From contig JADJEI010000013.1 of the NCBI GenBank assembly GCA_016709155.1, forward strand, positions 904,093 through 968,092: a stretch of DNA of 64,000 nt, written 5' to 3'. The position numbers and the translations under genes are program-made. Below the pieces are notes generated by a model. It was not told the DNA's origin. It made no database searches and saw only the letters and a list, made by a program, of their open reading frames with translations. How positions within the stretch are numbered: the first letter of the stretch is position 1; each line of letters opens with the position of its first letter. The stretch is from Ignavibacteriales bacterium (GTDB taxonomy: Bacteria; Bacteroidota; Ignavibacteria; Ignavibacteriales; Ignavibacteriaceae). Positions 60,210 to 64,000 of the stretch are shown here, piece after piece.

Positions 60210-61358
60210 TTGAAATTCGAATTACTAAAAAAAAATTCGGCATCTAAGGCACGGGCAGCAAGAATAACGACTGAGCATGGCATCATTGAAACTCCAATAT
60301 TCATGCCTGTTGGTACGCAGGGAACAGTCAAAGCAGTAAACCAAAAACTTCTTCTCGAAGATATTAAAGCTCAAATTGTTTTATCGAATACATATCATCT
60401 ATATTTAAGACCAGGAACTGAAACACTTAATCAGGCTGGCGGTTTGCACAAATTTATGAATTGGGAAAAACCAATTTTAACCGACAGCGGTGGTTACCAG
60501 GTATTCAGCCTTTCTGAATTAAGAAAACTGAAAGCTGACGGAGTTGAATTTCGTTCTCACCTCGATGGTTCGAAGCATTTCTTTACTCCCGAGAAAGTGA
60601 TTGAAATTCAGCGAATCATCGGATCGGATATTATGATGTCTCTTGATGAATGCACTCCATTTCCGTGCGATTATGATTATGCAGTCAATTCAACTAAACT
60701 GACATCAGAATGGGCAGTGTTAAATAAACTTGCTTTTGAAAATTCGAATTCACTTTATGGGTTTGATCAGAATTTATTCGGTATTATTCAAGGGAGTGTT
60801 TATAAAGATTTACGTGAAAAATCTGCTGCGGATTTATTGAAATTAGATTTTGATGGTTATGCAATCGGCGGACTTGCTGTTGGTGAACCGACTGAAACAA
60901 TGTATGATTTAGTTAACTTTACAACTGATTTTATGCCGGAAAATAAACCCCGATATTTAATGGGTGTTGGTCGTCCCGAGAATATTCTCGAAGCAATTGA
61001 TCGCGGAGTTGATATGTTCGATTGTGTAATGCCGACACGAAATGCGAGAAATGCGAATTTGTTTACATCAAACGGCACTCTTTCAATGAGAAATGCAAAA
61101 TATAAAAATGATTTTTCAGTCATTGATGAAAATTGTGATTGTTACACTTGTTGTAATTTTACAAAAGCCTATTTGAGACATCTTTTTATTGCTGGGGAGA
61201 TTCTTGCTTTAGAACTTGCTTCGATACACAATTTGCATTTCTATCTTTGGTTAGTTGCAGAAGCAAGAAAACATATTCTTGACGAATCGTTTGGCAAATG
61301 GAAATCAGAAATTTTAAATAACATAACTTCAAATAATAAAATTACTCTGGAGGAATAA
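60210..61358 (+). CDS. tgt: tRNA-guanine transglycosylase
   Basis: TPIFMPVGT, TDSGG(Y)QV, GLAVGE, and the zinc site CDCYTC...H. Confidence 0.95.
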   Translation: MKFELLKKNSASKARAARITTEHGIIETPIFMPVGTQGTVKAVNQKLLLEDIKAQIVLSNTYHLYLRPGTETLNQAGGLHKFMNWEKPILTDSGGYQVFSLSELRKLKADGVEFRSHLDGSKHFFTPEKVIEIQRIIGSDIMMSLDECTPFPCDYDYAVNSTKLTSEWAVLNKLAFENSNSLYGFDQNLFGIIQGSVYKDLREKSAADLLKLDFDGYAIGGLAVGEPTETMYDLVNFTTDFMPENKPRYLMGVGRPENILEAIDRGVDMFDCVMPTRNARNANLFTSNGTLSMRNAKYKNDFSVIDENCDCYTCCNFTKAYLRHLFIAGEILALELASIHNLHFYLWLVAEARKHILDESFGKWKSEILNNITSNNKITLEE

Positions 61359-61359
61359 C

Positions 61360-61692
61360 TTGAGTATAATATTAGCAATGGCTCCGCAAGGCGGAGATGG
61401 TGGTGGCAGTTTAATAAGCACCCTGATAATGTTCGGTGCTATCTTTCTTATTTTTTATTTTATGATAATCAGACCGCAGCAAAAGCGTGCTAAGGAAAGA
61501 GAAAAAATGCTGAGTGCAATGGACAAAGGGGATAAAGTAGTCACAAGCGGTGGTTTACATGGTACAATCGCGGGACTTGATGATAAAACTGTTTTACTGC
61601 AAGTAGCTGACAATGTCAAAATGAAATTTGAACGCTCAGCGATAGCTTCGATAGTTTACAAAGAAAGATTCACTTGCATAATAATCAGATAA
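61360..61692 (+). CDS. yajC: preprotein translocase subunit YajC
   Basis: TM helix, then RPQQKR.KE...M...L.KGD.VVTSGG..G.I. The start may be ATG 61378. Confidence 0.85.
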   Translation: MSIILAMAPQGGDGGGSLISTLIMFGAIFLIFYFMIIRPQQKRAKEREKMLSAMDKGDKVVTSGGLHGTIAGLDDKTVLLQVADNVKMKFERSAIASIVYKERFTCIIIR

Positions 61693-61846
61693 TCTTTATG
61701 TATCTTCTCATGTTTAAATTAACAAAGAATAGATATTTAGAAATCCAAATTAGAACTTAGTTAAGGGGTGTATTTCTACATCCCTTCACTGATTAAAATG
61801 GGGAAGTCAAAAAGTAGATTATCCTTCTAATGATCAGTCAATAAAT

Positions 61847-63175
61847 ATGAGCCGTAACATGAAAAGCATTTTTATCCTATTCATAACATTCATTATTGCA
61901 TTCAGCATCTCAGCGCAGACTAACAAAGTTTTTCTGATCACTATTGATGAAGAAATTGACATCGGATTAGTGCCTTATGTCACCCGTGTGATTCACGAAG
62001 CCGAGATTTCAAATGCCTCAGCGATCATTGTCAAAATTAATACTTTCGGCGGGAGGGTGGATGCCGCTACTCAGATAAAAGATGCATTATTGAAAAGTAA
62101 GATAATAACAATAGCATTTATTAATAATCGCGCTATATCTGCCGGTTCATTAATTGCGCTTTCGTGTAATAAGATCATTATGGCACCTGGCGGATCAATT
62201 GGTGCTGCTACTGTTGTTGATCAGATGGGTGAAAAGCAAAGTGAAAAATACCAATCATACATGCGTTCTGAAATGAGATCCACTGCAGAAAAAAATGGAA
62301 GAAGAACAGATATTGCACAAGGAATGGTAGATGAAAGAATTATTATTCCCGGCTTGGTTGATTCAACTCAATTAGTTACTCTTACAACCGAAGAAGCGAT
62401 TAAATATGGGATTGCTGATATTGAATCTTCCGATTTAAAGGAAGGACTTCAAAAACTCGGCTTCGAAAATTTTGAAGTGGTAAACAATGAATCTAACTGG
62501 GCAGAAAATGTTGTTAAGTTTCTGAATAATTCATTGGTCTCTTCAATCCTGATAATGATTGGAATATTTGGTTTGATTGCCGAGGTCAAAACCCCGGGAT
62601 GGGGTGTACCCGGTACTGCTGGAGTAATTGCTTTAGCATTGTTTTTTGGTTCATCATATATACTTCAATTAGCTTCGACATTAGATATTATCTTATTCAT
62701 AATTGGACTTATTCTGCTCGCAGCAGAAATATTTGTTATCCCGGGTTTTGGAGTTGCGGGAATTGGAGGAATACTTCTAATACTTATTTCATTATTTTTG
62801 TCACTCACTCCATCCGGTCCATTTTTTAATTTTGAAAGCATTTCATTAGCATTTGTTCAATTGGCAGGAGCTTTGGCTGCGGCGTTCATTTTAATTTTGG
62901 TTCTCGCGAAATTCCTGCCCAAATCCAGATCATTCAGCAAGTTAATACTTGATGAATCAGAAAAAAGCGAGAAAGGATTTGTTTCTTATCCATCAGAGAA
63001 AAATTTAATAGGAGCCGAAGGCGTTGCTTTAACTACATTACGACCAGCCGGCACAGCAGAAATAAACGGGAAACGCGTTGATGTTATGACTGATTCGGAA
63101 TATGTTCAGCAGGGAAGCAGAATAGTTGTTGAGAGGGTTGAAGGTATTAAAGTAGTGGTCAAAAAGATCAGTTGA
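61847..63175 (+). CDS. NfeD family membrane-bound ClpP-class protease
   Basis: Signal peptide, ClpP-like domain (INTFGGRVDAA...AISAGSLIAL), TM block, C-terminal OB-like NfeD domain. Confidence 0.8.
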   Translation: MSRNMKSIFILFITFIIAFSISAQTNKVFLITIDEEIDIGLVPYVTRVIHEAEISNASAIIVKINTFGGRVDAATQIKDALLKSKIITIAFINNRAISAGSLIALSCNKIIMAPGGSIGAATVVDQMGEKQSEKYQSYMRSEMRSTAEKNGRRTDIAQGMVDERIIIPGLVDSTQLVTLTTEEAIKYGIADIESSDLKEGLQKLGFENFEVVNNESNWAENVVKFLNNSLVSSILIMIGIFGLIAEVKTPGWGVPGTAGVIALALFFGSSYILQLASTLDIILFIIGLILLAAEIFVIPGFGVAGIGGILLILISLFLSLTPSGPFFNFESISLAFVQLAGALAAAFILILVLAKFLPKSRSFSKLILDESEKSEKGFVSYPSEKNLIGAEGVALTTLRPAGTAEINGKRVDVMTDSEYVQQGSRIVVERVEGIKVVVKKIS

Positions 63176-63226
63176 TCAGAGCGACTAAATAAAATGCTAT
63201 CACTCTTCGTTTAGGATCATTCATAA

Positions 63227-63478
63227 TTAATTCTTGTCTAAAGAAAACCCCGATTCAATTTGTGGTTTATCGGAATTGGTTTTACTAAGATAAATTGTGT
63301 TGAAGATACTGATTATAAAATAGACTAATGCTAACCATGAATGATAATCGAAATCTCTATCCATAGAAGTCGCATAGAGCCAAAACAAACTTAGACAAGC
63401 AAATATTGCGTTCAGTATAATCATTATAAACCTCCGAAGGTTTTTTGTATTATTATTTTCAAACTGGTTTATCACCAT
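63227..63478 (-). CDS. small hypothetical membrane protein
   Basis: 83-aa ORF with two hydrophobic helices. No family recognised. Confidence 0.4.
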   Translation of the reverse strand: MVINQFENNNTKNLRRFIMIILNAIFACLSLFWLYATSMDRDFDYHSWLALVYFIISIFNTIYLSKTNSDKPQIESGFSLDKN

Positions 63479-63682
63479 TTTTGATAAAATTTATCAATCA
63501 AAACTTTCTAATGAAACGAATCATTGGAAAAATTGCTTGAAATCTATTTAATTATTTTAATATGACACTAATTTGAAGTAAAAATATAGTAATCCTTTCA
63601 AGTAAACAATAAGAAAATTTATCAAACATTATCAGACAAATTCCTATTTATTTTCGGGTTGGGTTAGCAGGTTTTATTTAGT

Positions 63683-63973
63683 TCAACTATGTTCACCGGC
63701 AACTAATAGTAAATCATGCCCCGCTGGTTCACCGGAGGTAGTAATCGAATAGTTAGACATTGTTACCGAGAGTTCAAGCGCGAAGGATTTTGGAAGACTT
63801 ATGTAGTATATAACCCCTTTGTCCATACTTTTTTCCTGCGATAATAGTAAAGCCATTCCATCAGGGGAAGATGATCTTCGATATAGCATTTCAAATTCTC
63901 TTTTGAGTTGAGCTTCTTTATTATTTAAAATTTCTTTCTGCGAAAAACGAATTCTGTACCATCTCTTTTCCAT
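63683..63973 (-). CDS. hypothetical protein
   Basis: 96-aa ORF. No family recognised. Confidence 0.4.
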   Translation of the reverse strand: MEKRWYRIRFSQKEILNNKEAQLKREFEMLYRRSSSPDGMALLLSQEKSMDKGVIYYISLPKSFALELSVTMSNYSITTSGEPAGHDLLLVAGEHS

Positions 63974-64000
63974 ATAGTCTATCTCCGGTAAATTTATAAT

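Overview
64-kb window from a low-G+C bacterium (roughly one-third G+C by eye). T9SS-type C-terminal sorting tails (NYPNPFNPST...) point to the FCB group, Ignavibacteriota/Bacteroidota-like. Most of it is a plus-strand housekeeping backbone: acyl-CoA dehydrogenase (5' truncated), lemA/TPM pair, two ferredoxins, queG, trxB, ECF sigma/anti-sigma, era, ispF, lnt, threonine aldolase, purL, thyA-folA, mutL, methylmalonyl-CoA mutase, tgt, yajC, nfeD. I recognised no rRNA, tRNA, CRISPR array, integrase or transposase.

Unusual segments:
1. 8.7-17.8 kb: a T9SS serine protease followed by three tandem cassettes (lipoprotein beta-propeller plus T9SS-tailed protein). Each cassette is preceded by the same terminator + TTGACA-N17-TAAGTT promoter + conserved 5' coding module. 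Cassettes 1 and 3 are partly decayed.
2. Two diverged paralogous genes of unknown family (18227..18859 + and 35778..36389 -). Both are G+C-rich relative to their neighbours. One sits behind a ~340-bp tract of under ~10% G+C. The other sits behind a ~350-bp tract of ~65% G+C packed with ACGGTTG/CAACCGT heptamers, plus a long hairpin region.
3. 37.3-43 kb, minus strand: the best candidate for a novel system. It holds a NYN-LOTUS nuclease, a SIR2 + P-loop STAND + near-identical 34-aa repeat protein (split into ORF fragments at homopolymers), and two overlapping 2-TM proteins.
4. 32.2-35.7 kb: a nosL / Rrf2 / NapH-like / octahaem cytochrome cluster.
5. 44.9-52.6 kb: a polysaccharide biosynthesis locus.

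About a dozen adjacent ORF pairs are halves of one gene separated at mononucleotide runs. The assembly therefore probably carries homopolymer indel errors, and gene calls should be read with that in mind. All functional calls come from motif recognition by eye, not database searches.
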